Positions 1 through 10,858 of a stretch of 34,647 nt of DNA are shown here, in pieces; the stretch's first letter is position 1, and each line of letters begins with the position of its first letter. This DNA comes from Perkinsus olseni (lineage: Eukaryota). The notes under the pieces were generated by a model. It did no database searches. It saw only the letters and a list, made by a program, of their open reading frames with translations, and was not told where the DNA came from. Where the stretch lies: NCBI GenBank assembly GCA_013115125.1, contig JABANN010000371.1:1-34647 (forward strand), in the 5' to 3' direction. The translations under genes and the position numbers were made by a program.

Positions 1-100
1 AACATACAATGGGAAAAGAGCTCAAGTCGCGAATCGATCAGCCGGGGAGGAGACACTCCTACCAGGCGACCCCTCCCCTGAGGGAGGGACGGGTGGGTCA

Positions 101-149
101 ACTGGTTACCATCGACCACCTAAGTCTTAGGTGGTCGATGGTAACCAGT
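101..149. repeat. Perfect 24-bp inverted repeat with 1-nt spacer
   Basis: actggttaccatcgaccacctaag (101-124), t (125), then cttaggtggtcgatggtaaccagt (126-149), the exact reverse complement. Confidence 0.95.
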
Positions 150-156
150 GGTTACT

Positions 157-293
157 AACTACCAAAGTAATACGTAACGTAATAGAGCTCTTGTATGATG
201 ATTAATGATCAAATCCACAGCTAGCGTACTAGCGTCAGGATACTTAGGCCACCAACAGAGTGTCTCAACGACAACAGGAGAACCTGGGGAAAA
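157..293. repeat. Dispersed repeat copy A (possible retroelement terminus)
   Basis: ccacagctagcgtactagcgtcaggatacttaggccaccaacag...gacaacag...ggggaaaa aligns by eye with 2064-2135. Weaker similarity extends left (aactacc..agtaa, attaatg). Confidence 0.6.
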
Positions 294-875
294 CCTACTG
301 TTACTTGACCATGAACGTCGTACTGCTGTCACAAAGCGGAAGACTTCCACCGGAAGTTGTCGCAATGGTCAGATTGATCAGTTCAACCCACGGCCTAAGT
401 GCGTGGAACTCCTCTCGGACTGAGCTTTCCATACCAGTTCTCAGAACTGGGAAGTCTCCTGCACGTTCAAGTTCCACCGAGTCACTCGGTCCGAGCGGAA
501 CTTTTAGATGTAACGGTGTAGTTCGTGTCCGATTGCATGTGTATTTCCTCTATGTGTTGCTTCTCATCACGTCTCATTTTTCTCGCATTTTTTACCTCTC
601 GTCGCCATTTTCTTCCTGTTTCTATCCACCCTCTGTTTTTCTTATTTTTTCTAGGAAACATAGACGTTCTTTCCCTTCCGGAAAAAAACTTTTCTTTCCG
701 AAGGAGAGAAAGAAAAAAAGGAAGAACGGCCATGAATAACTCGTGATAGCCCAACCAGTTTCAGGAACTCTCCAGCCTGAAACTCACTAAATTCGACCTC
801 AATTCTCCAACCCATCAGCATGAGAGACGGCGGAGGAAAGAAGGCGGTTTTCTCCGTTTCATCAGTAGTCTTCCA

Positions 876-1275
876 ATGTCTATCCGCTCAGTCGTCTTTG
901 CCGTTTTCCTGAGCACGGCAGCCTGTCAGAGAAACATTGTGAGATATTCTGAGAAAGGCTTTCTCAGAGGAGATTTCCTTTCCAGAACGGCACCATTACT
1001 CCATGTGGTCAACATTACTCGTTCGCGTCCCGTTTTCGCCTCAGCTGAACTTCAGGCACACTAAGGCGTAATCAGACACTTCAACTCGATGATGCCGTAT
1101 CGCCCATATCGCAATTTCTTCATCTCTGTTGAACTCGAGCTCAGTTGACTCAACCGAGGTCGATCATTGTAGGTTCTGGCGGCTCCAGAATTCTTGCCAC
1201 GACTGGCGAAGCATGAGTCTTCTGTGGATAGGGCTCTGCATCGATTTGAAGGCCAGAGTCTCATTTCCGTCTAGG
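876..1275 (+). pseudogene. Truncated, degenerate paralog of the secreted phytase-like esterase gene at 3846-5608
   Basis: MSIRSVVFAV vs MSIHSVLFAA; QRRFPFQNG vs QKRVPFQSA; GTLRRNQTLQLDD vs GTLRLIQTLELQD; TRAQLTQPRSIIVGSGGSRILATTGE vs TKSQFEELSSMIVTSKGEEMLATNDDG. It has an in-frame TGA, a frameshift near 940-968 and no downstream exons found. Confidence 0.65.
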
Positions 1276-2003
1276 CATTCATCACTGTGGAGCTTGAACG
1301 ACCTTCCCGCCGTCAGTTTGATTTGTCGCAAGCTATAGTATAGCGGCTATACCTCATGCGTGATCCTCAAGGGCAGATAGAAATATTATGACTTTCTAGC
1401 TCAGCAGCACTTGAAGGTGCTGGTATTGAACATTTGCTCCAGCGACAGACCCTCTGCCGAAGACATGGATCCGGAAGGGAGCTCTCTGCTTGGCACTCCA
1501 CAACTTCCAAGGTGACCTCGCCGAGGTCTTTTGGCACTTTTCCCGTCCCGTAGACCGAAAGACTCAACTGCTCCCTGGCAGGGAGGATTATTTTCCCCGG
1601 AATCGTGACATCAGCTTGATGATATAATACCCGCATCACATCCTGTAACATCTTGACCGTTGGCCAAGAAGATCCTCCGAACTGTTGTGGATGGAAGTGA
1701 CTCAATATTCACGCGAGCCAGAGTCTAAAGCACTGGAGCTCTTAAACTCGCCCAGTAGGCAGTCCCGGTCATTGAGTCAACACAAGGCAAACTTAGTGTG
1801 GGTAGCGGCTTGGCAAATGTTCGCTCCGACGTTGGGGATCAGCCTTTGGAACGCCGTCCGCTGGGACCTTCACCCCCTTCTGTCTGCGGGGCTCGTTTGC
1901 TTGCGCAGCTTCGCACTGTCTAGGTCGCGAGTTAGCGAGATCATAGTCAAAGTTTTAAGGCTGATCCTAACTTCAAGTTAGTAACTTTTAACTACGGTAG
2001 TTA

Positions 2004-2135
2004 AACTACCGAGTAAAAGGTGGTGCACACTCTTACTTGATTATTAATGCCTAGTGGTTGTCCCCACAGCTAGCGCACTAGCGTATGGGTACCTCGGCCA
2101 CCCACAGCGTCTGAAGGACAACAGAATGGGGAAAA
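2004..2135. repeat. Dispersed repeat copy B (possible retroelement terminus)
   Basis: ccacagctagcgcactagcgtatgggtacctcggccacccacag...gacaacagaatggggaaaa is similar to 215-293. Confidence 0.6.
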
Positions 2136-2516
2136 TCGACAATCAATATAATCGTCGAGACTCCATTATTTGTGTCTCTCTGGGACGCAACACCGTACTA
2201 GGGCGGGAGTGGATATCTTAGCGTTATTAGATTTCTTAAGGACTCGTAGTTCTGTTCTCTTGGATTACCTTTTACTGCCCGCGTCAGAGGGGATCCTGCA
2301 CTTCCATGTTTACGTGTGCGTGCAATTTGCCGAACAGTACAGGCAATGATGGAACGTTGTAACCGAAGGTGCGGGCGTAGAACGTTCGCAGCCCTTAGCA
2401 ATAGACGGTGAATCCTCAAACCAAAGACAAGCTGGCAAGATCGATATGATTCAGGCTGGTGAACAGAATCCCCAATTACTCAACGACTTCCGACTAACGA
2501 ACAGATTCTCGCGTCA

Positions 2517-3140
2517 CCAGCGGGCCGTCCACTCATCATCGACGCCACTTGCTCATTCATTGGTGCACATGACCCTGACATCTTCGAATCACTCATAGGG
2601 TCGTATGAGCCTCGAAGGGGATTCCTTCTCTTGCTCCCATGGGCAGTATATGAGTGTGTATCATTGCTATGATGGCCGATAGTGGGACCGTGCGTTCGGA
2701 GAGAGTGACGCTGTCAGACCAGTCAGTCTCTCAGTTTTTTCATGAGTTCTCACACAACACGTTAAGAATTGGAGAATTTCGCTCTGTCATCACCGCATCT
2801 TTCTCGTGTGGTGCTTGTAGACGTCTCCGTACAGATTCTTCAGCGGGCATTGAGGCTTCTGTAGCCTATGTTAGCGGCGGTCTGACAAAGGCAAGCGTAC
2901 ACTTTTAAGCTGGTTTCGCTATGCACTAGCGTGTCACGATCAGCTGTGGGAAGACTAGTGAATTCAATTCAATTTCGGTTCGCCCGGCGAACTTCGCCGC
3001 GTATTGGCCATCAGCTATTAGTCTTATTCATGACCCTTTGACGTCACTAGCAACAGTGGGAATGAGCCGGTGTTGCCCACCGGCGACGAAGCGACTCACT
3101 TCAAGCGCGCATTTCGCCTGGCACTTGATCACACTTTCCG
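2517..3140 (+). pseudogene. Possible degenerate PIN-domain (SWT1/PIN_4-like) gene fragment
   Basis: Translation PLIIDATCSFIGAHDPDIFESLIG...FLLLLPWAVYE (2517-2654) resembles the PIN beta1 Asp and the hhhP..V..E motif. VLPTGDEATHFKRA (~3070-3110) resembles the hhTxD..L..KA motif. The frames are broken. Confidence 0.3.
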
Positions 3141-3200
3141 GAGAGTCCAGTGGGGGATGTGGTCCCAGGACTCGCCGGTTTTATACTGTTATCACCGCAT

Positions 3201-3473
3201 CTCCCTAATGGTATACTATTGTTATGCTGCCCAGCACCTCCCTAATGGCATACTATCGTTATGCTGCCCAGCACCTCCCTAATGGCATACTATCGTTATG
3301 CTGCCCAGCGCCTCCCTAATGGCATACTATTGTTATGCCGCCCAGCACCTCCCTAATGGTATACTATTGTTATGCTGCCCAGCAGCACCTCCCTAATGGT
3401 ATACTATTGTTATGCTGCCCAGCAGCACCTCCCTAATGGTATACTATTGTTATGCTGCCCAGCACCTCCCTAA
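3201..3473. repeat. 37-bp minisatellite, ~7.3 copies
   Basis: Unit ctccctaatgg(t/c)atactat(t/c)gttatgctgcccagcac starts at 3201, 3238, 3275, 3312, 3349, 3389, 3429 and (partial) 3466. Two units carry an extra cag. A further partial copy lies at ~3483-3503. Confidence 0.95.
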
Positions 3474-3845
3474 GCATTGGGGCCTAATGGCATACTATTG
3501 TTGTACTCAATCCCTTCGAGATCTGGTCGACCGTGATTGCCGATGACATAAACGTGGAGTATATCTTTCATCCTCCAACTACCATGCCTGCCTGATAGCA
3601 GAGCTATAGGACAGGCCGTCTTCTGACACTCCCTTTGTGCCGGGTATATCTTTGACGATGCCGTGCTCCTACCGCCATGAACTCATTCACTCGATCAGGG
3701 CTGGTCATGAAACTGTAATTTTAGCTCCCATCACATATTTTGACATCACTTGAGTCCAATTCTGCCACTCCATGATGAGCCCCATTGGCTTTGGAGGATG
3801 TAAAGGAAGATGCCCACTTCAGTTATTGCCGGCGCTATTATTATT

Positions 3846-5608
3846 ATGTCTATCCACTCAGTTCTCTTCGCGGCTGTTGTCGGAGCAGTAGTCGGCCAGG
3901 AAAATACCGTCAGTGTCCTCCAGAAGAGGGTCCCTTTTCAAAGCGCAAGCACTCGCGATATATTCACTTCCCCGTCAGGTGAGTTGGACAGTAGGTCCCA
4001 GTGGTACCCCAGACCTTTCGCCAATTCTCCCTCGGCATCAGGCACACTGAGGCTCATTCAGACGCTCGAACTCCAAGACGAAGTCCCACTAACTGCAAGT
4101 CTACGAAGTCCCAGTTCGAAGAACTAAGTTCGATGATCGTGACATCGAAGGGTGAAGAAATGCTCGCTACCAACGATGATGGGTGAGTCGCGTCTAATGA
4201 CCACGCCCTAGCTTTCAGTATGCACCTATCTGTTTTTTGCCAGGTTATTTATCCGCATGAAGCTCGAGGAGACCTTCGATGATCAGTTTGATGTCTCGCA
4301 AGCTTTTGTATCCCCGATGCGCGATCCCCAAGGAGACCGTCTCACTAACGAGGATGACCTGGGTGAGCACTACTAGCCTTCGGAACTGCTGAATCCGTTC
4401 CCAGTCATCGCCGGGAATGGGAACCTCTGCTGTCAAAATTGTCAATGTTCGACATTTCATGTACTTTTTTACTATCCGCCACTCGTGCATTCTTCAGACA
4501 CTGCCCGTGGTTTGGCCATCGATGGTGCTTATGGTGGCGGAGGTAGGGGTGAGCTATTCGTTAGTTACACGGAGGGCAAGAGGATGTTGAAGTAGGTGGA
4601 AACGATTCAACTTGAGCACGAATTAATCACAACCCTGCCGTGTGTTAGATTCCCCATCGGAGTTGATTCGCGGACGAGTACTGAAGTGGACATCTCTCTC
4701 GTCTTAGATGAGTGTGAATACGCTCCGCAAGCAATTGACATTATGCGTAGCCTCGGAAGTGAACTTGTCCTAGTTTGTATCTTCGCTTACTGCCAGGTCC
4801 GGATCCACTCCTCCCTGCGTACCTCAGCATGATCTGCGATAAGCGTACTAGGAGACGTGGAAGTATCTATCCCGCTTTTGCATATGCCGGAGACGTGCCC
4901 ATTCGGTTTGAGGTCGAGGTAAGTCGATCGCTAGCTATGAGCACTTAGTTCATAGGTGGTAGGAGGTAGGTTCAGAGCCAGAGAGAGGTTCGAGTTTAGG
5001 TTAGGAGTTAGTTCAGAACCATGAGTCATAGTCTATGACGGATCCCTATGATCCTTATGTGAATCACGTGACGTGATGGTCTGCCGCTATCGCCGGAACT
5101 TGTTAGCCTGACCCTCAGGCACTGTGCATTGTCTATCCCATCTTCGCTCCTCTTGCCTCAGTCGGACGACGGTTTCTTCCCCGTCGATATGGCAGGGCTC
5201 AGTGACGGCAGCCTCATGATACTTTTCAGAGGGTGAGTTTGCCATTGGCCATATTACAGGTTGCTCGAGTGCCTTCTTCCTGATAAGGCCCAACAGAAGA
5301 TCTGGCAGACGTACGATGAGGATCGGTTTGGCCTCGTCGAGAGATCTGTCTTTGGCTATGCGTCGTCGTGGAGGAACAGTGGCACCTCAGATCATCCTTG
5401 AAGTCGCGGAGAGTGATGGGTAAGTAACGCGTTATGTATCATACTCTTGACAGATGACTTTGTTCTAACCGCTAAGCACAATAGTAGGTTCAACATCGGT
5501 CTCACCTCTGGGTTGGCTACCCGAGAGCATGATGACAGAATCTTCGTTTACATCGTCAACGATGGAACCCCCATCACTTATCTCACGACTTTCGAGTGGG
5601 TACCGTGA
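3846..5608 (+). pseudogene. Multi-exon secreted 'esterase-like activity of phytase' family beta-propeller protein with two apparent frameshifts
   Basis: Signal-peptide-like MSIHSVLFAAVVGAVVG. GT-AG introns (e.g. 3979-4041). Spliced blocks FEELSSMIVTSKGEEMLATNDDG/LFIRMKL, PMRDPQGDRL...D/TARGLAIDG, DGFFPVDMAGLSDGSLMILFR and YIVNDGTPITYLTTFEWVP* follow the motif order recalled for this family. Frameshifts near 4090 and 5547. Confidence 0.55.
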
Positions 5609-6212
5609 AGCCATCACTCACTTGAAGTCTCGCTCAAGCGAAGCCTCAACAGCTCGACATTTTCTCACCTACAAGCTGGAACTGGTGTATCATACTCAAG
5701 AGGCTAACATGAACCTTCAAGCCTTCATCGTGAAATACCATGTCGAGCGAATAGTCTCAAGCTGACTTCGCCTTATACAGCCTTCGCAGCTCCCTCAACA
5801 CTTGAGACAGTTGAGACTCAACTGCGCGAAAGCTGAGTTTCACCATCTCTTCTTATTTCATTGTCATTGACCTTTCACACGGTTCTCGTGTTGCCGCACT
5901 GGATAAGCCATTGCGAAAGCTTTTGCAGCTTTGATGATCTGTTGTGTTCAGTCTAGTTAGGGAGAATTGACACCTATCATAACTCCTACATTCTACGGCC
6001 TTTCATGTGTAGGGCAACATGTTGCGCGTAGCGTAAAATAGCGGTGCGCCCGGGAGTTGATCCTTGTGCGTGCAATTGTGTACACAACCGTTTCGTCGAC
6101 CGCCTCGGGTGTCGCGTTCACATGGCCGACGAACTCGGTGAGTACTCGTGTCTCGCGTAGTTGTGTGTCGCTCTGACACGTTTCTTTTTTTCGACTGTAC
6201 GATCGGTACGGC

Positions 6213-6700
6213 GTGGACGGCATGTTTTATGAAGTATGCGTTGCATACTATGCGACGGCTCTCTTACTGGCTGATCAAGACTCCAAATCCCCTAACATCG
6301 AGATGTTCACGTTATGGTCGTACCAGATGACTATCAGCATGACGGCGGCTAGGAAGCACGTTGAGGCCAGATGTGTGGAAGGCACTATCTCACTGCTTTG
6401 GTAGACTATACTAGGCTGGCGGAGATCACCGTCGACAAATCCCCATCGAGTCACCAAGCTCCGTCGTCTCCATCCACGGCAAGTTGCCGTCGGCAACGAG
6501 TATTGGTATGACCGGCAACAACAACGGTCCGCCCGGTGGGAAGGGGAAAAGAGGCACCAAGCGGTCTAATAATGCTCAGGGTCTATGCTACGAGTTCCTG
6601 GAGAACGGTGTGTGTTCGAGGCCCTCTTGCCGGTTCCGCCACGAGAGTCCGAGCGACGACGGTAAGCAGAAGAAACAGAAGACGGATGCGAAGAAGTGTG
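6213..6700 (+). pseudogene. gag-like ORF remnant with C-terminal CCCH zinc finger
   Basis: LWSYQMTISMTAARKHVEARCVE block followed by basic GGKGKRGTKR and CYEFLENGVCSRPSCRFRH (C-x8-C-x4-C-x3-H). Confidence 0.7.
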
Positions 6701-6861
6701 TGCGTGCAGCTCTCTACGGGCACTCCGAGGCAGGCGCGATGATCGCTTGCCTCGCTTCGTTTCTTACTTCTGAACTTTATCGATATACTGCCCTTTTGTG
6801 ATTGACGAGTTCTGGTATTGCATTACGTGTCTTGCGTTAAAGTCCGGCGTAGCGGGTCGAT

Positions 6862-8670
6862 ATGCCCCTATGTGGCCGGGCGGCCCCTCGCGTAGAAAGG
6901 TTTTTGGCCTTACGACGCCTCAGGAGGGGTAATGTGCATCGAGGAGTAACACGCCTGATTCGAAATGTCAGGGGGGGTTTTCCTGATGCGGCGGGCGTAC
7001 TAGGCGTCCGATGGCGACTCTTGGACCGTGGAAACGGGGCTATGAGTGCCTTCGCGGAGGATCAAAGTACAGCGCAGAACACGCTGTGTGCCAGACTTGC
7101 CATTTTTTCCGCATGTTGGAAAGCGTGGCGTTTCTGAGGCGTGAAATTCGACGCATGTCGTCGCAGTTTCATTTCCCGCTCTCTCAAACGTGATAGTCGT
7201 CCATCTCAGCGCATGTATTTGCCTGGTGGAGCGGATCTGTCTATTGGGATGTGCGGTCTCGAGGAACGCAATAGGGCGAGAAGCGGTCACGTGCCCCGAC
7301 ACAAACGTGTGCCAGGAGTAATCGGTGGCCGAGGCTGCTCAGGAATCCTCGCGCATGGTGTCGTCTTCGTCATATTTATCGTCTCTCTCTCTTTCGTTCT
7401 TTCTTGGGCTCTGCCTCGGTAGAGGGGTACGCCGGTGCTATTACGCACTGATGAGGCGTGAAAGCACGCGAGCGTCGCTCGCCGAGCGAGTTGGCCGAAA
7501 AAGCCCTCTCGCATGCGAAGGAAGATCTGCGTCAGGGTCGCGCCGACCTTACCGACGGTACAGGTCTCTTTGGCTCCCTCGAGCAACTCCCCTCGGCGGC
7601 CTCGTTGTTTTTGCTGTAACCGCGTCAATGGAAGGATGGTATGTCGCACCGCCTTGCCCTTCGGGGCGGCATCGAGTCCTCTCCATTTCTGTCGGTTATC
7701 CGGGTCAGAGTCGGTGATATGCATGGTAATGCTTCAGCTATACCTTCAGTCGGTTGATGACCGTGCCATACCTACGAAATTGCGGGATGCCCCAACGATC
7801 GTCCTCGTATCGGTTCTGGTGGACCTAATATGCGACTTCGAACCGGCCTTCGATAAGCTGTTCGTCTTGCCCCCACCACATTGCTTGGGGTTCATCCTAA
7901 ACCCGGCGAACATGATAATCACCCTCTCCGACGATAAGATCTCTACTTTCCGGTCGGACCTGGCAAGTGTATTCGTCCAGGGTCGGACGGTGAAGACGAA
8001 GGCCCGCGAACGATTGCTCGGTCGAGTGTCGTGGGTAGCGATGCCTTTCATAAGGCTTCGCCCTTTCTTGAAGCCGTTCCATTTTTCTCTTGCCGTAGGC
8101 AAGTCACGGAATCTCCCTTCCGTGAGGGTCGGGAAGGAGTGGGCGGATGCGGCTCGGTTCCTGTACCGGTTCTTTGGGTCGGGAGCATCGGTTCCTATGC
8201 ACAGTCTCCTACCGGATATGGGAGGGATGAACCGGACTGTGGTGATAACCGATGCATCTGTCGGGTCTATCGGCGGTGCTATTCAACCGACGATTCAACC
8301 CACACGGCACGGAGCAGAGAATGTTTCGGCGCAAGGTAGAGACGACCGATACCGTTCTATTAGAGTTCCTGGGTGACTGTCTCGGGGGGCGATACGGGCC
8401 GACGATATTGGTAGCCCAGAGGTGTGCCTACTTGAACTCACGGCGCTGTTGGTGGGGGCGCTTCAGTCGCCCACGACAACCACGAAGCTTCGTGGTGGCG
8501 GTTACTGACAATAAGGCATGCTCGTGTGTCATCAAGTCTTTGCGAAGCAAGTCGGCACATTTGGCCCGTCTGAGCTCATCGTCGTCAGGCCTGGGTTAGG
8601 CGGACGTAATTTCACGTCAGTTCATGTTCGAAGGGAAACGGAACCCCCTAGCCGACTGGCCGTCGCGGTC
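6862..8670 (+). pseudogene. Reverse transcriptase-RNase H remnant
   Basis: RT motif B ALPFGAASSPLHFCRL, degenerate motif C QSVDD and motif E HCLGFILN. RNase H VITDASVGSIGG, LELTALL (~8430), VTDNKA and HVRRE../NPLADWPSR (~8623-8668). Split by several frameshifts. Confidence 0.85.
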
Positions 8671-8699
8671 TACCATCACAGAGATAAGGGGTCACATCA

Positions 8700-9600
8700 T
8701 GGGCCATGTGACTCATATGGCCCAGATCCCCCACTGCCAAGAGCTTGATGCGCGACCTCTTTGAGGATGCTGAAGGATGCGCAAGTGCGCTGAGTTACAG
8801 GATGGCATCACGAATTATTTTATGCTTCCGTTTTGGACTGTGATTCGAGTTTGACATCACCACGTATGTTTTGGGTGCCAGAAGGGTTCGTTGTACGTTG
8901 TCAACAATGTTCATACCATCGTGCCAGCAGGAGCTGCGCGGCCGTAAGCGGCCCGTGGCCCAGATGGTCCCCGAGAAGGAGCGTTCTCCGTCGGCAGTCA
9001 GGGCGGGAACGAGCAAGTGCTTACGCTCGCAGAAATACGGGAGGGGAAGTGTGGGCTGTACGTTGCGGCTTCCTCTTGGGCTTGAGCTGTGTGCTACGAC
9101 TCGGTGAATTGCTAGCGTTATCATGGGAGGATCTGACTATCGACACTGAGGCGAAGTCTGGGTTGTGTTTGTATACGCGGAGGCAAGACCGATCAACAGG
9201 GAAGAGGGTCACTCGTATACTTTGGATGCGTCTGCGATGATCTGAGCCCTCGTCTGGCATGTCCCTTCCACCACCTGCTGGGATGGAGGGAAAGTCACAC
9301 AGCGATCGCTAACAATACGAAGATGTTTGACGTTACAAGAAGCGAATTCACCAGCGGGATTGGGCGTGTGGTTAGCACGGCTCTCGGCAACACCGGGCTA
9401 TCGGAGGATTACTCTGGCCACTGTATGAGAAGATCGGCAGCACAGATCTTATTTCATAGCGGAGTGAGTATCGAGCACATCGTCGAGCTAGGTAGGTGGC
9501 GGTCATCGAGTTCCTTGAGCTTGGCTTATCCGAGAGGTGGGGTTTATCAGAAGATCCGCCAAACGGCCTTGACGAACGTGCTGCTACAGGATGTCGGCGT
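8700..9600 (+). pseudogene. Tyrosine recombinase remnant
   Basis: Box I FLLGLSCVLRLGELLALSWEDL. Box II YSGHCMRRSAA...GVSIEHIVELGRWRSSSSLSLAY gives the R...HxxR...W...Y set. Split across frames. Confidence 0.88.
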
Positions 9601-10858
9601 TCCGACGTTCGCACCGAGTAAGGGAGAGAGTGGGAGGAGACCGGATACCGGCACTTCATGGCGCGTCGAGCGTCACTCGGACAGGCGTGAAATAGCTACC
9701 ATCGTGAGCGATTCGGTGGAAATGCTCTACGAGTCGTTTCACGCTGCTCTAGGATGAGTGCACGGTCCCCGGCCTCGTGTTACGCAGTTATGACGGTTCA
9801 GGTATTCCCACCGTCACTCCTGCGTTCCACCTCTCCCAAACTCCCGGGAAGTAAAGCGGCTTTTATAGGAAGATCGGAAGCTCTCTAAAGTAAATTTAAG
9901 TTTCGAAGTAACAGCAAGATGAAGATACAAACGACGGATCGCGACCTGCACCGTGCTAGCCTTTGCCAATACGTTTAAGACGGAGCTTCTACATTCACGA
10001 CGTAGCGGAGTTGTGGAATTTCTCTGTATCACGAGATATTGCAATATCAGTGAAGGTACAGCCATGTAGAATAGGACGAACTCGAGTGAACCCGCCACGC
10101 GCGGGAATGGGAAACTGTCGGGCGAGCGAGCGAACACGGGGTCGTGGAGTTAGTAATGTATTTCTGGGGCTGTGATAACAATGCTGATAACACAGCCCGG
10201 GATGCGTACGGGACTACGATCTGAATCGGTGATGAATACGTTAAGATTCTGTACACTGTACAGGCTTCTTGTCTAACTTTTGATGATGTCCGCTGGCGCC
10301 AAAAATGAGCGTAAATGATACGTGCCCTCGCCCAACTGTCACACGGAACCAGAATCGATTCTGGATTTCAGAATTGGTTTGCTGAGCACCCCCATTAGTA
10401 GTGGGCCATTACTCCATTGTTGCGATTTAAGGAGGTCGGACAGGAAAGGTGACATCCGCTGTTGGGCGTTTACACGCAAGTGTTGAAAGCACTCTTCTAG
10501 ACATAGCGGATGGGAAAATATATATAACTTCTCAACCCAAGGTGAACGGTCATACTTAGAAACACACTCGATCCAGCAGAGTAAAAGGATGAGCTTATTC
10601 TACAATACAAAACAGCATCAACGAAGCACAGAATTGGGAGACAGCGAGGCGAGTCAGTCAGCATGGTGTTTCCCACCCGAAGTAGCTGACGTCGTTCTCT
10701 GAATTCGAGACGCTCTTCCATCATCTCAGTCGGACAGCCTCCTCTTCAGGCATTGATCTTTAGAAGATCGTGAGTACTTCTACTCTCCGCGCTCGAGCAG
10801 AGTTCATAATTTCCTGGCGGTGCCGCTGCTACCGACAAGCAAGCGAAACTAGTACAGT

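Larger units (their letters stand above)
6000..9760 (+). mobile_element. Degenerate tyrosine-recombinase retrotransposon (DIRS order, Ngaro-like layout gag-RT-RNaseH-YR)
   Basis: Co-oriented, intron-free gag, RT, RNase H and YR remnants (see sub-features). No methyltransferase domain seen. Boundaries are approximate and terminal repeats were not found. Confidence 0.85.

Noticed and set aside
3201-3473. CRISPR-like 37-bp periodic repeat
   Set aside because: Units are head-to-tail with no unique spacers, there are no cas genes, and the context is eukaryotic. It is a minisatellite.
4990-5012. Telomere-like tttaggttagg
   Set aside because: Only two imperfect units, inside an intron.
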